This document shows positions 1-12,225 of a stretch of 64,000 bases of DNA, one piece after another; the stretch's first letter is position 1, and each line of letters starts with the position of its first letter. Location: the NCBI GenBank assembly GCA_964658305.1, contig OZ210885.1, positions 12,276,001-12,340,000 of the forward strand, written 5' to 3'. Source of the DNA: Leptogorgia sarmentosa. Its lineage: Eukaryota. The position numbers and the translations under genes were made by a program. The notes beneath the pieces were generated by a model that did not search any database, was not told the origin of the DNA, and worked only from the letters and a program-made list of their open reading frames with translations.

Positions 1-155
1 ATTTGCCTGATTTTCTTCCATATCGTACAAGAAATATGTCATTCAACTGCTAAGACCTTGATCTTTATGACCATGCAAAAATCACGTTCGTACACCCAGT
101 AATTAACGCACAATGGCATGCCAAAGTTCGATTACCTTTTTTTTGAGACACCCTG
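1..155. mobile_element. Right end of a Tc1/mariner-type element or MITE
   Basis: TTTTTTGAGACACCCTG followed by TA (156-157); the reverse complement CAGGGTGTCTCAAAAAA resembles Tc1/mariner TIRs. The left end is outside the window. Confidence 0.5.
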
Positions 156-348
156 TATATACTACGATTCCCTTTAAATATATCCACCAATACTTTAAAA
201 CGATCGAATCTTGGTCTCGGCATCTGTGTCAAACAGCAAAAAGTATTGTATTCACCATTACGAGCATCATCACCGTTTAAGTTCTGTTTATTATTGCCGT
301 TGGATGTGCCTGGGGAAAAAAGAGATTTTTGACCAAAAATAATATCCA

Positions 349-1027
349 TTATTATATGGCTGACATAAATGCCGCACGCTGATTGGTTGATTAGCGGTCC
401 GGAAAAAGTCATCTTGCCCGCTCAGGAAAGTCATCTTGCCCGCTCGTGAAACTATTATACAAATTAAATTTTTAAGGAAACTAAATCTTATTATGCCGTA
501 CGGTGACGTTGAAGAACACTCCCCGATTGAATTTTACTGTCCCAGAAAAACACACGATCCAAAATGCTGAGTTTTAAAGTGAAAATAACGGCGAACAAAA
601 CAACAGTTCGAAAACTGTTGCGAACATTGTTTTCACAGCACTTAAATGGCTTCATTTCGCATCGAACATTTGTTGTTTATCACGACATTTACATTGTATT
701 TCTTTATTCAATTTTTTCCTTTGTTGTATTTTTATTGTTTTGTTGTTGTACAGCAGTGAACGGCCAGAAACCGCCATTCAGTATGCCAGTGTATACGGCT
801 GAACGTTTTAGCAGCGAAAGTGTTTTCTAGTTCTTTCTACAATGTCAGAACAAATTGCGATCGAACAAAGCCATATAATAAATCCCTTATTAACCTCGTT
901 TGCTCGGTCTGTACGGGAAAGTATTGCCTTCGGTTTTTAACGCACAGACCTCGCTCCTTCGTCGCTCGGTCTGTACGAAAACCCTCAGGCAATACTTTCC
1001 CGTACAGACCTCGCACTCGGTTAATAA
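349..1027 (+). mobile_element. Non-autonomous element with internal inverted repeat, CTGATTGG box and terminal hairpin (Crypton-like?)
   Basis: TTATTATATGGCT (349-361) / AGCCATATAATAA (869-881); CTGATTGG at 379-386; 141-nt hairpin 887-1027. Same layout as 23249-23976. Superfamily assignment is inference. Confidence 0.6.
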
Positions 1028-1075
1028 GTCCTTATTATTTTTATATCCCCTCTCGGAAGGTTTTCAATGGAGTCG

Positions 1076-1081
1076 GTGTCT

Positions 1082-1125
<44 letters not shown>

Positions 1126-1149
1126 TTGGTTCGAGTCCAACCAGGGACG
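1076..1149 (+). tRNA. tRNA-Asn (GTT)
   Basis: 74-nt cloverleaf; anticodon arm TTCGG CT GTT AA CCGAA; T arm GTTGG/CCAAC; one G-G mismatch in the acceptor stem. Confidence 0.9.
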
Positions 1150-1272
1150 TGTTTGGTGTGATGTTATTCAGACGTCCTGACGGTAAATGTAACCGAAATT
1201 TTTGCGCGAGGTTTTCTAAGGATTTATGGAAGCTTTCAAAAAAAGAGAACGTCTTACTTGGTTAATTAACTA

Positions 1273-1344
1273 GGGCTTGCACCGGAATCGAACCCGTGAC
1301 CTCTCGCATCCTAAGCGAGAATCATACCACTAGACCAGCAAGCC
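1273..1344 (-). tRNA. tRNA-Pro (AGG)
   Basis: Reverse complement GGCTTGCTGGTCTAGTGGTATGATTCTCGCTTAGGATGCGAGAGGTCACGGGTTCGATTCCGGTGCAAGCCC; one T-stem mismatch. Confidence 0.88.
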
Positions 1345-1655
1345 GTTGTTGATACCAAATTGTTTTCTAATGTATTTTGTAGTGACAAAGAAAAATTTGG
1401 TATTAATGTTTCCAAAACATTTTCCAATCGATCTTCGCGGAAGAAATCAGATTTTGGTGAAAAAATAGTATCAATTATTGCTGTATTTTTACGACCCAGA
1501 GGGTTAAGATGGATATACTACCATTCGTGTTAAATATATCCTCCAATGCTTGAAAACGATTAGTCCTGCTGTTAATTACTGCAATATTTTGTTGGATTTT
1601 ACTGACAGATTGAAGATATTTTCATTTCGAAGTGCAAGCCAATATTACTGCCAAC

Positions 1656-1737
1656 GTAGTCGTGGCCGAGCGGTTAAGGCGGCAGACTTGAAATCTGTTG
1701 GGAAATTCCCGCGCAGGTTCAAATCCTGCCGACTACG
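1656..1737 (+). tRNA. tRNA-Ser (TGA)
   Basis: 82 nt, GTAGTCG/CGACTAC acceptor stem, long variable arm, anticodon arm GCAGA CT TGA AA TCTGT. Confidence 0.93.
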
Positions 1738-1874
1738 GAAAAGCGATTTTTTCTAGGATGTAGCTATTTGGCAAAATTAATGGCGTAGTAGCGCTTTTAA
1801 AATGGTTTGATTTCAGAGAACGAGTTTGAAAATGTGAACACAAGCTGATTCAAATTGAAATTTTCAGAAAAAAA

Positions 1875-1946
1875 CTACCACGCCAGGATTCGAACCCGGG
1901 CCATGGCGGTGAAAACGCCATAACCGAACTATTAGACCACATGGGA
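1875..1946 (-). tRNA. tRNA-Glu (TTC), degenerate, likely pseudogene
   Basis: Inverted copy of 2954-3025 with altered D arm (TAATAGTTCGGTT) and acceptor 3' strand; anticodon TTC. Confidence 0.8.
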
Positions 1947-2010
1947 GTGATATTTCCCATCAGCCCGCTTTGAGGAATTTGAAAGGTTTCCAGTTTATAG
2001 GTGTGATAAG

Positions 2011-2082
2011 AAGGAACGGGCGTGTTTGAACCACCGACCTCTCGATCTGCAGTCGAATGCCCTACCACTGAGCTACACTCCC
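2011..2082 (-). tRNA. tRNA-Cys (GCA), degenerate
   Basis: Reverse complement GGGAGTGTAGCTCAGTGGTAGGGCATTCGACTGCAGATCGAGAGGTCGGTGGTTCAAACACGCCCGTTCCTT; mismatches in the T and acceptor stems. Confidence 0.8.
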
Positions 2083-2387
2083 TGTGTAGTCTACTAGGTT
2101 AATTACGTACATATACTTTCAAACGCAGCAATAATCAATTCACGGACCTGTGTTCTTTCAATTTTACATTCAAATACAAAATCCTTCTTGGCATGTTTCA
2201 TAACCTTAATGCAATAAAAAACGCGACTTCTTTCCTTCGATTTTTATAGATGGAAAACTTGGGCATTGAATCTGTCACTTTGAACACTCAGCCGCCACCA
2301 CCGAGAACACAACTTCCTGTCATCGAGTTTTTCCCCAAAACAATTCATGTTTATCTTCGAGGCCAAAATTTTAAAGACTTTGCATAA

Positions 2388-2475
2388 CGTAGTCGGCAGG
2401 ATTTGAACCTGCGCGGGAAACTCCCAACAGATTTCTAGTCTGTCGCCTTAACCGCTCCCGCTCGGCCACGACTAC
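2388..2475 (-). tRNA. tRNA-Ser (AGA) with 6-nt D-loop duplication
   Basis: Body nearly identical to 1656-1737, anticodon AGA, GAGCGG duplicated (88 nt instead of 82). Confidence 0.88.
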
Positions 2476-2799
2476 GATGCTGCAACCAACCGGCTTCACG
2501 TTGTTCACTAATGAACATTCACATCCATCTTCAACTGACCTACACACTCTCAGCGTTACACTCTGAACAATAGAAACTTTCTATTTTGAGGTCTTACTCA
2601 AAACTCACTTGTGCAAGTTAATTCCAAATTCAACTCGAAACCATTCTATTAGCAATACTTATTTTTTTCCCAAACGTAGTGAAATGGTGGAAAGATATGA
2701 AACTTGAACTTAAATATATAGAATGCTACCTACCTGTGAAGGAACATGCCTGAATTTGCCTGAAGCCACATTTTACCTCCAGACAAGGGCGTCAACTTT

Positions 2800-2870
2800 G
2801 CGTTGTTGATTCAGTGGTAGAATTCTCGCCTGCCACCCTTGAGACCGGGGCTTGATTCACAGCAAACGCA
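2800..2870 (+). pseudogene. tRNA-Gly (GCC) pseudogene
   Basis: TCAGTGGTAGAATTCTCGCCTGCCAC matches Gly-GCC, but the anticodon 3' stem and B box (GGCTTGATTC) are broken. Confidence 0.8.
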
Positions 2871-2953
2871 GATGTTTTCATTTTGTTGCATTTCAATTGC
2901 AACTCGAGAAAAAATGTGGGTTTGTAACACAGACATGATCTCGAAATTGTAAC

Positions 2954-3025
2954 TCCCATGTGGTCTAGTGGTTAGGATCTGGCGTTTTCACCGCCATGGC
3001 CCGGGTTCGATTCCCGGCGTGCGAA
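2954..3025 (+). tRNA. tRNA-Glu (TTC)
   Basis: TCCCATGTGGTCTAGTGGTTAGGATCTGGCGTTTTCACCGCCATGGCCCGGGTTCGATTCCCGGCGTGCGAA followed by a T7 Pol III terminator. Confidence 0.9.
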
Positions 3026-3918
3026 TTTTTTCTGACAATTTCTATTTGGAACAAGTTTGTCGTCACATATTCAAACTGGCCCGAGACTGGGATTAGATTC
3101 CCTGCTAACGCAGAATATTATCATTGTGACGAGTTTAAATTTCAATTGCAACACAAGAAAAACGTAGATTGGTAACACAGACATAATCTAATAATTTTAT
3201 CCCGGAAAGTAAAATTAATATTTTCTGATATCACCGTCACTAATCAAAATTATTTAATAGCCGCAAACTATTTGATTGTGGACAGAGTTTTTGCATTGGT
3301 TTATAAATTCTTGATTTTTACTCTTTATAATTTTATTGGGAAAATGAGCTCTTAACAAAATATCCCTTTAGGAATTAATTAATTTTTTTTTGACACAACA
3401 AACCGAAGCGCAGTCCGAGTCTCCTTCTGATCTCTATGTGTGTCTGCTGTCTACCATTTCCGTACTCACGCACCGGTCGTGAAAGAGCGCTACCGGGCAA
3501 CTAGGTGAGCGAGCGCATGAAAAAATCAGTGAAAAAAAAGTTCGCCGGCAACGTCGTCTGCCTGGAGATAAAACAACCACGTTGGTTTCAACCAGTGATG
3601 TTTGTTCAGAGCCCGCGCGCTAAATTCTTCGCGTTAAGATTACCACTAAAAAACGTTTTAAAAAATAAAGACAATAAGATTGTTATAATAAAACTACTCT
3701 TTTGTTGTATCATCTGTGAAGCGATGTATAGTTTTAGTTGATTGAGCCATTCCATCAAAGAACAAAGCTAGTGATAAAAACTTTGACGATGTAAAATCAC
3801 GCATGCGCTATAAACTGAAAATTGAATATTACCTTCCGGGTGGCCGCGTCCCGTAATCTTAAGCTCGCTTTTCAGAGTTAAAATATGGCTCGGAGTAGGA
3901 AGTGAATCGCCTCCGGGC

Positions 3919-4027
3919 GAAGAGTTGAAGACGAAGAATCGAAGAATCGAAGAGTTGAAGAGTTGAAAAGTTGAAAAATCGGAAAATCGAAGAGTTGAAG
4001 AATCGAAGAGTTGAAGAATCGAAGAGT
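3919..4027 (+). repeat. 8-bp minisatellite GAAGA(A/G)T(C/T)
   Basis: About 13 imperfect tandem units such as GAAGAATC and GAAGAGTT. Confidence 0.85.
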
Positions 4028-4304
4028 GCTGTCAATCCGTGTGTTCGTGCATCGTTTGGCCTTGATTTTGGAAGCAGTACTCTTCGTGTTCGTGCCTGTT
4101 TGCGGGGCCCTCTAGGGGGTAACGCTAAGGCGGTGGTCTTTACTTCCAACCTTGCTGCGTGCTTCTGTTGTTAGGTTGATGTGCTTGACTGAAACCTGAC
4201 GTCTCAGTTCCTCTTATCTTTTGTCCGTGTTTTGAGAATTTAAATCCTCGTTTGCCACGCATAGTGTGGGCCATAGCGTACTCAGTTAACAGTTAATAAG
4301 TTTT

Positions 4305-4440
4305 TTCGAGATTGGGATCTCGTTTAAGCTTACATTAGGTGCAAGACATTGGACAGTCGGTGATATGCACACAGTTATTTCAGTATTAAAAATCAGTAGT
4401 GTTTTTTTGCGATACTGGGATCTCGTTTACATTAGGACAC
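4305..4440 (+). repeat. Dispersed unit of about 105 bp (also 5460-5544, 5705-5780, 6993-7030)
   Basis: Shared CGAGA..GGG.TCTCGTTTAAGCTTACATTAG...GATATGCACACAGTT...AGTATTAAA. Confidence 0.75.
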
Positions 4441-5544
4441 TTTTACGATGATAGGATGATGCGAAGTGAGAATGACGTTGTATAATAGTAAATCCGAGCA
4501 ATCTCAAAGTTCCTGGGAAAGATATATTTTTTCGTGATACCATGATACGAAGTGAGAATACGTTTTACCTCATATAGATTAGGCAAAACGATGGGAATTT
4601 TTGACCGTTTTGTTGGTATTTCCGTACTGCAGGTTAGCGACCGCTCAGGAACCAATCAGAAAGCTGTATTTTGGCAGAGGGACCGCTCAGAACACTTGTT
4701 ATATAATAAATTTAGTTATGTACATCGAAGCAACAAAACGGTGTGGCACGGCTGATTGGATGTACCTCAGCCTATGCAATTTACTCCAAAAATACCTACC
4801 CTTAAAACATTCTTTCACACCTGGCAATTCTTTCAAATAACCACATGGTCTTGCAAATTTTGTACACTCTGAGAACAAGATCGGGAAACTAATTAAGGAA
4901 ATATTCTTGAGGATTACCAACTTTTATTGCTTCGGGTTCAGTTCTTGGCAGTTCATTCCAATGTTGGTTGACATCACGAAATAGCCGTAAACAGTCCGTC
5001 CACGATGAGCTGTAGGTGAATGATATCTTCATCAAGTGATTATAAGTTAAATCGCTGTCAATCCGAGTTCTCCAATCTGAACTGTGCAGATTCAAATGTT
5101 TTACAGACCGGGTGGCCATCATCTTCCGGAACCTATTCGGCGCGAGAAGGTTCCTGAACTGGTGGTACACGTGTTGGGTGTTGCACCGATGGCTTTTTCT
5201 TTTTTTTGCGCCTTTTTTCCCCGAGTTGGAGCGACCATGTCGATACCACTGAACAACTCCAAGTCGATGTCCATTTCCTGCTCGTCCTCTCTCTCCGCGA
5301 CTGAAGTTTTATTATCAAACAGGTAATTTAAATTAGGATAACTTTATCAATACGTAACTGTTTGAAATACTAATTACAATTTCAAATGTTCTCTGATCAA
5401 ATAATTTATTAATTCGAGCTTTGGCTGCAAGAGATATTTCCTGGTCCAGAGTCAAACCGATTGGGCTGTCATTGATATGCAATTATGCACACAGTTTTTT
5501 CTAGTATTAAAATTTAGTTTTGTTCGAGACGGGGTCTCGTTTAA

Positions 5545-5704
5545 CCCCTTAACTTTTTAGTGGTCGATTTTGGGCACTTTTTCAACTTTTTTAAAATCGT
5601 TTTAAAATGATTTAAAAAACAGTCCTAAATGCGATAAAAATAGTTTAAAATGGTTTGGGTTCATACCTGAGACGTTTTTCGAAAGTCGTGAAAAAAGTTA
5701 AAAG
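5545..5704. mobile_element. piggyBac-like MITE in a TTAA site
   Basis: TTAA at 5541-5544 and 5705-5708; imperfect TIR CCCCTTAACTTTTT / AAAAAGTTAAAAG; it splits the repeat whose empty site is seen at about 4321-4340. Confidence 0.65.
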
Positions 5705-6599
5705 TTAAGCTTACATTAGAGGCAAGAAATTGGGCTGTCAGTGATATGCACACAGTTTTTTCAGTATTAAATATTAGTATCTTTATCTGCAGCATTTTAG
5801 ATGTGTCAGTTGCATTCTCACAAATCCTTGTGTAGTATACCGAATATTCTGTGATGCTGTCTTTAGTTTCCACATGTGAACCACATGATTCAGGTAGTTG
5901 CACTATACTACTGCTAGTACCTTTACAAAGAAAAATATGGATGAATTCAGGAATATGGTTTAGCTCAGTGCACACATAAGTATCGCTGCAAAAGAGTTGA
6001 ATTATGAAATTCATTCTCATGAACTTCAGTAACCTTTCCAATAACGGGTCTTTTGTTGTAATTGCTGATGTTGACTGCAACAAGTACACCAGAACAACGG
6101 GCATCCAGAAAGTTATCGTCGTGATAAATTCCTCGAGTACCATGCAGGAGGCATGATATGCACCAGCATATATCTGGGGAAGATAAAATTTATGTTCTTG
6201 CTTGAGAAAAACTAAATCTACAGTACCTATTGGTTACCTGGTTCACCTTGCTTACTCTAATTGATTTCAGCTCTGCCATATATCAATTATGTGCACATAA
6301 AAAGATGTCTTTGCTGTTACATCAAAATGGGCATTTACATTCATCTAAACAAACACGGTAAGTTTGCGTCTGATTTGAGTCGCATCGTGTGTGAATTAAG
6401 GTCGCGAGTTATTTTGTTTTGTAGCTATAAATGCCCCTATTATTGTGAACTGTGAATGTCGCGAAATATCAACGCATTTCTTTGCAATGTTGCGTGCGGT
6501 TTATCGACAACCACTGATGATTACAGCGTGCGCCAAATATCAAATATCAACATATAGCAGTAGCTATAAGATTTTTGTAATGTTGACAGTTCCCGAAAT

Positions 6600-7000
6600 C
6601 GAAGAAAAATCAGCCGCTTTGGTATCAAAGGATTCAATGTTATAAACACCGAAGCTTCTGAAGCATACAGTCATCAGTATGGTTGGCGTCTTTCTAACTC
6701 TGCAAATCATGTTGTAGTTAAAAGTTTCTCTGGTGCTACTGTTAATGACACGGAAGATTATTTAAAGGCGGTGAAGGTATTAAAAACCTAGGCACCTAAA
6801 TTAAAGAAGAATCCCCAGCAACCAGCATTGTGATCTCAAATATATTGCCAAGATCAGATAATGCAGATTTATCAACAAAAGCATTAGAAGTAAATAGACT
6901 TACTAAATCAATTTGCTCCAAAAACAAATTATTTTTATTGAACATAAAACGGTGAACAAATCATGCCTTAATTCACGTAGCTTGCATTTAAATTCGAGAC
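6600..7000 (+). pseudogene. SGNH/GDSL esterase remnant (CR1/L2 ORF1- or Helentron-type)
   Basis: Across frames: KDSML, HVVVKSFSGATVNDTEDYLK, IVISNILPRSD, CLNSRSLHLN; stops and frameshifts present. Confidence 0.7.
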
Positions 7001-8556
7001 TGGGATCTCTGTTAAGCTTACTTTAGGATACTTACGCGGGTATGAAAGTGAGGAAGGCTCTAATCCATCTTACTATAGCTGAGCGTACGTTCAATTTTTG
7101 CAACTACTAGGCGATTATATAGTGATGATCCACTAAGTCGAATTTACTATAATACGGAAAGTCGGAAAGAATTCTCCGACTCAAACCCACGTGTAAAAAA
7201 TACTCAAAATTTCCAACCTTATTTATAAATGTTATTACAGAAGAAGGTATCTTTCCCAAATCTGAAATGTTGAACAGTCATTTCCGCATGTGAATAAATA
7301 AGTTGCCTAACGTCCCACAAACGAAGAGAACGGGAAAGGACGATAAACCATCCCTAATGATGATCTCTGCATGTTCACCTTTCTATAAACAGGCATATAA
7401 AGAAAAATATATAAGTAATATAATGCACTGAACTAATATTAATTGCGAGTTACATACCTAGAGTTTGCTATTAAATTTTAATTAACATAAGAGCCAATCA
7501 ATAAGGCCTGGAATATCTACTTTAGATTATTGTACTTGGACAAAGCAAAGGTGAAATAATGATTTATACACAACTCAATGTTTGAACATTTCTAAAGATT
7601 ATTCAGTTTTTAAAATGAACATGTCCAAACCTTAGCAAAATACGTTAACAAAACAAATATATTTAACTAGAATCATGAAAAAGTGTATGGACAACAACAT
7701 GCATTGATTTTTGTAACGCCTGCGTACATGTTTTCCCCACAAAACGTATAAACATTTGACGTTCTGAAGATGACGTGAAAACCACCTGAATGACCTTATT
7801 AGTTCAACTGCTAATGTACTGGGGAAAGAGATAGTGAAATAAGTAAATTGTGATTTTCAATAGCATGAGCAAAAAAACTTGTACTTACGCTTTCACCAAT
7901 AATGACTGAAGTCACTGAACATAAATTCTCCACTCCGAGCACTTTTTCATCCCAAATTGCTTTGCAAGCAAGTTTCTGCATAATGTTATCTGTAATGTAA
8001 CAATTTGTTTTCATGAATGGTTTTTTAAAACCACATAGAATTTCATGAACATAGTTAGAAAAAAATATCAAACAGCCTTAAGCAGTTCTTACACAAATTT
8101 AAAGTATGGTTAATGTGTGAAATACTGTATTATCTAAGAAAGTTAATAGTACATAAGGTACATGCTAAAGCTTCTTTTTGATACACTGGATCTGTTTGTG
8201 GACTTAGAATTACTATTATTTGTAATGATTCTTAATTTTACCTGATAATAGTTGAACTTTAACCGATGTTTCTGTCTTCGTTCGTCAGTTGAGAAAACGC
8301 TTCTCGTCTATGATTTCCTCCAATGACTTCGCATACGTATTCACCATTATGCACCTTTCTTTTATCGAAGGCATCTCTTGTTGCGACATCTCTCACAATA
8401 GCAATTAAACGTTCACAAATGTGCTACAACGGTCTGTAATTTCAATCTTGAGCATCTCTCACTGTAAAAACACATTGGTTGAAATGACCAAAAAAAACAC
8501 CTGGATGCATCTGGGAGAACCAATAAAAATTGGTCGTTTTTACCAATACAAGACAC

Positions 8557-9393
8557 CTACTCAGGTGTTAACTCCGCCATGTTTTGCGCTGACCACTGAG
8601 CTATAATGCTAACTAAATCACTTGATTCAAGTATTGAACCATTACAATACAAAGAAATCAGACAACATAAACTCATAGGCACACATTGGCGTCCTGCATT
8701 TTCACCAAAGACCTCAATATTACCTTGGCAATAAGGTACATGAATAGTTTGACTAGGAATATTGTAAGTAGGTCCTGGGTTAACTTCAATGTCTCCACAA
8801 AAGGTTAATTTGCAATAATTTATTTTGTGACAATGTCTTGAATTCTTGTAGGTACTTTTTTCTCTTCTATCCACATCTATTACATTGTGGTAAAATTCCT
8901 TTTGTTTTTGCTTGTTTTTATAATTAAACTTTATACGTGCTGAGCTTCTAACTGAAGCTGAGGTGTTACAATTTAGTTTCACTCTAATAAATTGATTAAA
9001 ACAATTGTTACTTATAACTCTCTGATGTTCATGATTAAAAACTTGTACATAGTGAATAACATGAGTTGTTGGTATATTTCTCTTCATTTTTTGCCAAAAG
9101 GTTCTTCGTAACTTTCTACTCTTCCTTACTGGACGACAGAGTTGCTTGGTTGGAGTTCTGCTTGAGTCTTGATCACAAGTATAGTGCTGATTTAAATGAG
9201 GATTGTATTCAGATTCCTTGCATATCAACTGACTTTGATTAAATGTGAATTTTACATAACAAGATCGTCTAGATCTGCTTTTCATATTGGATTTCATACT
9301 TTTGGAATTCATAGCATTCAAATTTAAGTTGTCATTTATAGTTAGGTCATGTATAGTTGAGTCATTTATGGTCATGGTTGGTGAAGTTGGCAT
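8557..9393 (-). pseudogene. Truncated ORF with 2A-like motif and herpes tegument (C76)-like cysteine protease start; probable Helitron/Helentron 5' fragment
   Basis: GDIEVNPGP (8770-8796) followed by CQGNIEVFGENAGRQCVPMSL; similarity is lost near 8605. Confidence 0.6.
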
Positions 9394-9599
9394 TCATATT
9401 AGCTAAGTTGGCATTCATAGTTATGTTGGCATTCAATGGTGAAGAAACATTGGCACATGTCAACAACTTGGTTTAAAGAACCAATTCAATTTCAATTGAT
9501 TCCTCAAGAATCTGCAGATGACCAGTATTACACCTGCGCTATAAAACAATACACATCAGTGAGCATATGTATACATATGGTATTATTTATTAAAAGATA

Positions 9600-10095
9600 T
9601 ACAATATTTAATTAAATACAATAAAATGTATAATTTATATAATAGAAAACATGCAATACATACTTTACAATAAAACTATACTGTATTATTAAGCACACAG
9701 TATATATATCAACTATAGAAAGTTCTATTTCATTAATGACAAAAAATGTTCAACATTTAGTTGGCACAGCAAGTTTTTGCTCTTCAATTAAAATGTGCTC
9801 TAGGAAAACAAGTATGTTGTTGCTATGCCGAATCGCACCTCGTGGATATTGTGCATTGAAAATATAGTATGACGCCATTAGAAAAATTACCGAATTTAAG
9901 ATGCTTATCTTTTTAAATTTGGCAACAACCATTCCTTATCCAACCAGCGGCGATGTATGCAGCTCACTAATTGATCCACTGGACAGCAGTCTCTGTGATG
10001 TACATGTTGCCACCATTTTATTCATTGAATTGTAAACAAAATCAGAAATTTAAATATCAGTCGGGCATTTGCCTATAGATAACAAGTGATGAAAC
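9600..10095 (-). repeat. Copy 1 of a segment repeated at 12885-13410; 3' end of a CACTA-accessory (SAMD3-like) ORF
   Basis: Near-identical DNA in both copies; encodes LMASYY(I/V)FNAQYP...FLEHIL. Confidence 0.7.
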
Positions 10096-12225
10096 ACAGC
10101 AGTGTTTTTTCTCAATCCCAGAAATAATGCCGTTCGTTTCTTCCATGTTCATTTGTTTTCTCATCCCAGGGTCGGTCATAGCATAGACCTGTTTGACAAA
10201 TAAGTTTGAATCGTTACAGATTTTACTACAAAACAAATAGGATGTATTGCTTGGTATAGTTACAGCATACGTGGATTTGGTAAAAACATTCGATGACCAG
10301 CAGAAATATACCACAAAAGACTGTACCTTGCAGTCTACTTTCTTTTCTTTAATCCATCATCATCATTCCCTACATTTTCTCTCTTTTTTCCTCGTGGCTT
10401 GCTGACCGGCTTTATGTTGCTAAGCCTTCGTTTAAGTTGTTTTAGCACAGCACCCTATACAAAGAAACATAATTCAAGCTCACTGAAAAACCATGAATGC
10501 TGCAGTTGATGATCAAGTACAATAGGCATTTGGCCATGAAAACCATGAGACATTTTTATTACAGTGGTTTAGCATATACCATTATAATTAATAGACACAA
10601 TCCCATTGCACCTAACAGTCTAGAACATAATATTCAGTATGTAGCTTAAAGGTTATTACTTAAGTGCCTCAGTCTATGCAATTTACTCCAAAAATACCTA
10701 CCCTTTCTTTCACACCTGGCAGTTCTTTCAAATAACCACATGGTCTTGCAATTTTGTACACGGAATCCTTGGAAAATGGCCTCACTGGTATGTTTAGGAT
10801 AACTTACAAGTGAAAAAAGAATGGAACATTGGATGGATGGACATTCTAATTAACTATACATTACTTTGGATATCTGCTGAAGTCAGCTTTTTAAGAGTTG
10901 CAGAATGCAATAGTTCATAGTTACAGTTTGAAAGTATTGTACAATGTACATGTATTATATTTACCTCTGCTTGGCTTCATTCCATGAAGTACAATCAGTG
11001 TACTTCACAAAATAGTTTTCTAAAGCCCTCATTTCCTTCAAGCGACATAGCTCCTTTTCCGTCTCCTGAAGACTCGTGTCACTGTCTCGTTCGTCACTCG
11101 GAATACTCGAAATATAGAGAAGGTTCTCTTGCGCTGTGTTATACTAGTCTTCGACGATAACGAGAACGAAAGCGTACAGGTTCTTTCGATAGAATCACAG
11201 ACGATCTACACCATAGTTTTGAACATGTATTATTTACACAACAACGTTAACATACACTAAACTCGAAGGCCAGTGCATTAATATTATATACAAACAAAAT
11301 TATCCATTAATATCCTAAATGTCCCAGTGCAAGTGTAATTTTATCCTCTCAGGTTCTATATAGTTATCAGTGCAAAATTAATTATACTAGTGTCAATTCT
11401 CGACAGTCACCAGCAAGAACACACTGTAAGTTCTTTAACAGTTCTTCCTTCTTCAGCTTACCACATAAATATTTCAGCCTTGCGTAAGGGAATGAGATAT
11501 GTGATGATTTGTATTTTGCATCCTCTTTCAAATCTTTTTTTTGTCAATTTCTGTCCTTGTAACTTGAATGCTCTGTACATTGTCATGCACTCTATCACAG
11601 CATGATAAACTTCATCATCCAGTTCATTGGCAACAAAAAGCACATTTGAAAGCACAGTTTCCTGTAAAGACAAAAGAATTACAGACTTATTTTATATGAC
11701 TTATAATTAAAAAATTATATGGCCACAAAAAAACACTTTTAACAAACACTTTCCTTTCAAGATTTAAACTTTAGTATGGAAATTTTGAAAACATTCGTAA
11801 GAAAAGTCCTAAATTATATGTGGCTATAGGAGGTGACTAACTGGATTACATTCTTCTGAAAATTCTCGAAGAAAATTCTGTATCCCTGGCGTCTGGATAA
11901 GCTCTGGCAGTGGTGTCGGCGCAATTTTATTGACGGTGCGGTTTTCGAATATTGACGGTGGAGTTTGGCTGCTAATCTGAAGTTGTGATAAAATCAGAAC
12001 TTGCTGTTCGAAAATTTTATCGAGTTTCTCCATAATGTTTTGTATCTGGGGTGGGGTGGTGGGGTGGGTCTGGGTCGACTTGGCATGAACAGACGCAGGA
12101 ATATGGAATGGGTCTAACTTTTTCTTATCAGGCGTTTCTATTAATGTGGAGCAAGTAACCTTTTCTAATGGGCCAGGAATTTCGAAAAGTATTCATTCCT
12201 TCATACCGCCCAACTCCTCTCGGGA

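Noticed and set aside
1656..1737. Selenocysteine or suppressor tRNA
   Set aside because: Anticodon TGA reads TCA (Ser); tRNA-Sec would have anticodon TCA and a different body.
5661..6143. 160-aa ORF as a gene
   Set aside because: Runs across a dispersed repeat and a MITE; no coherent domain.
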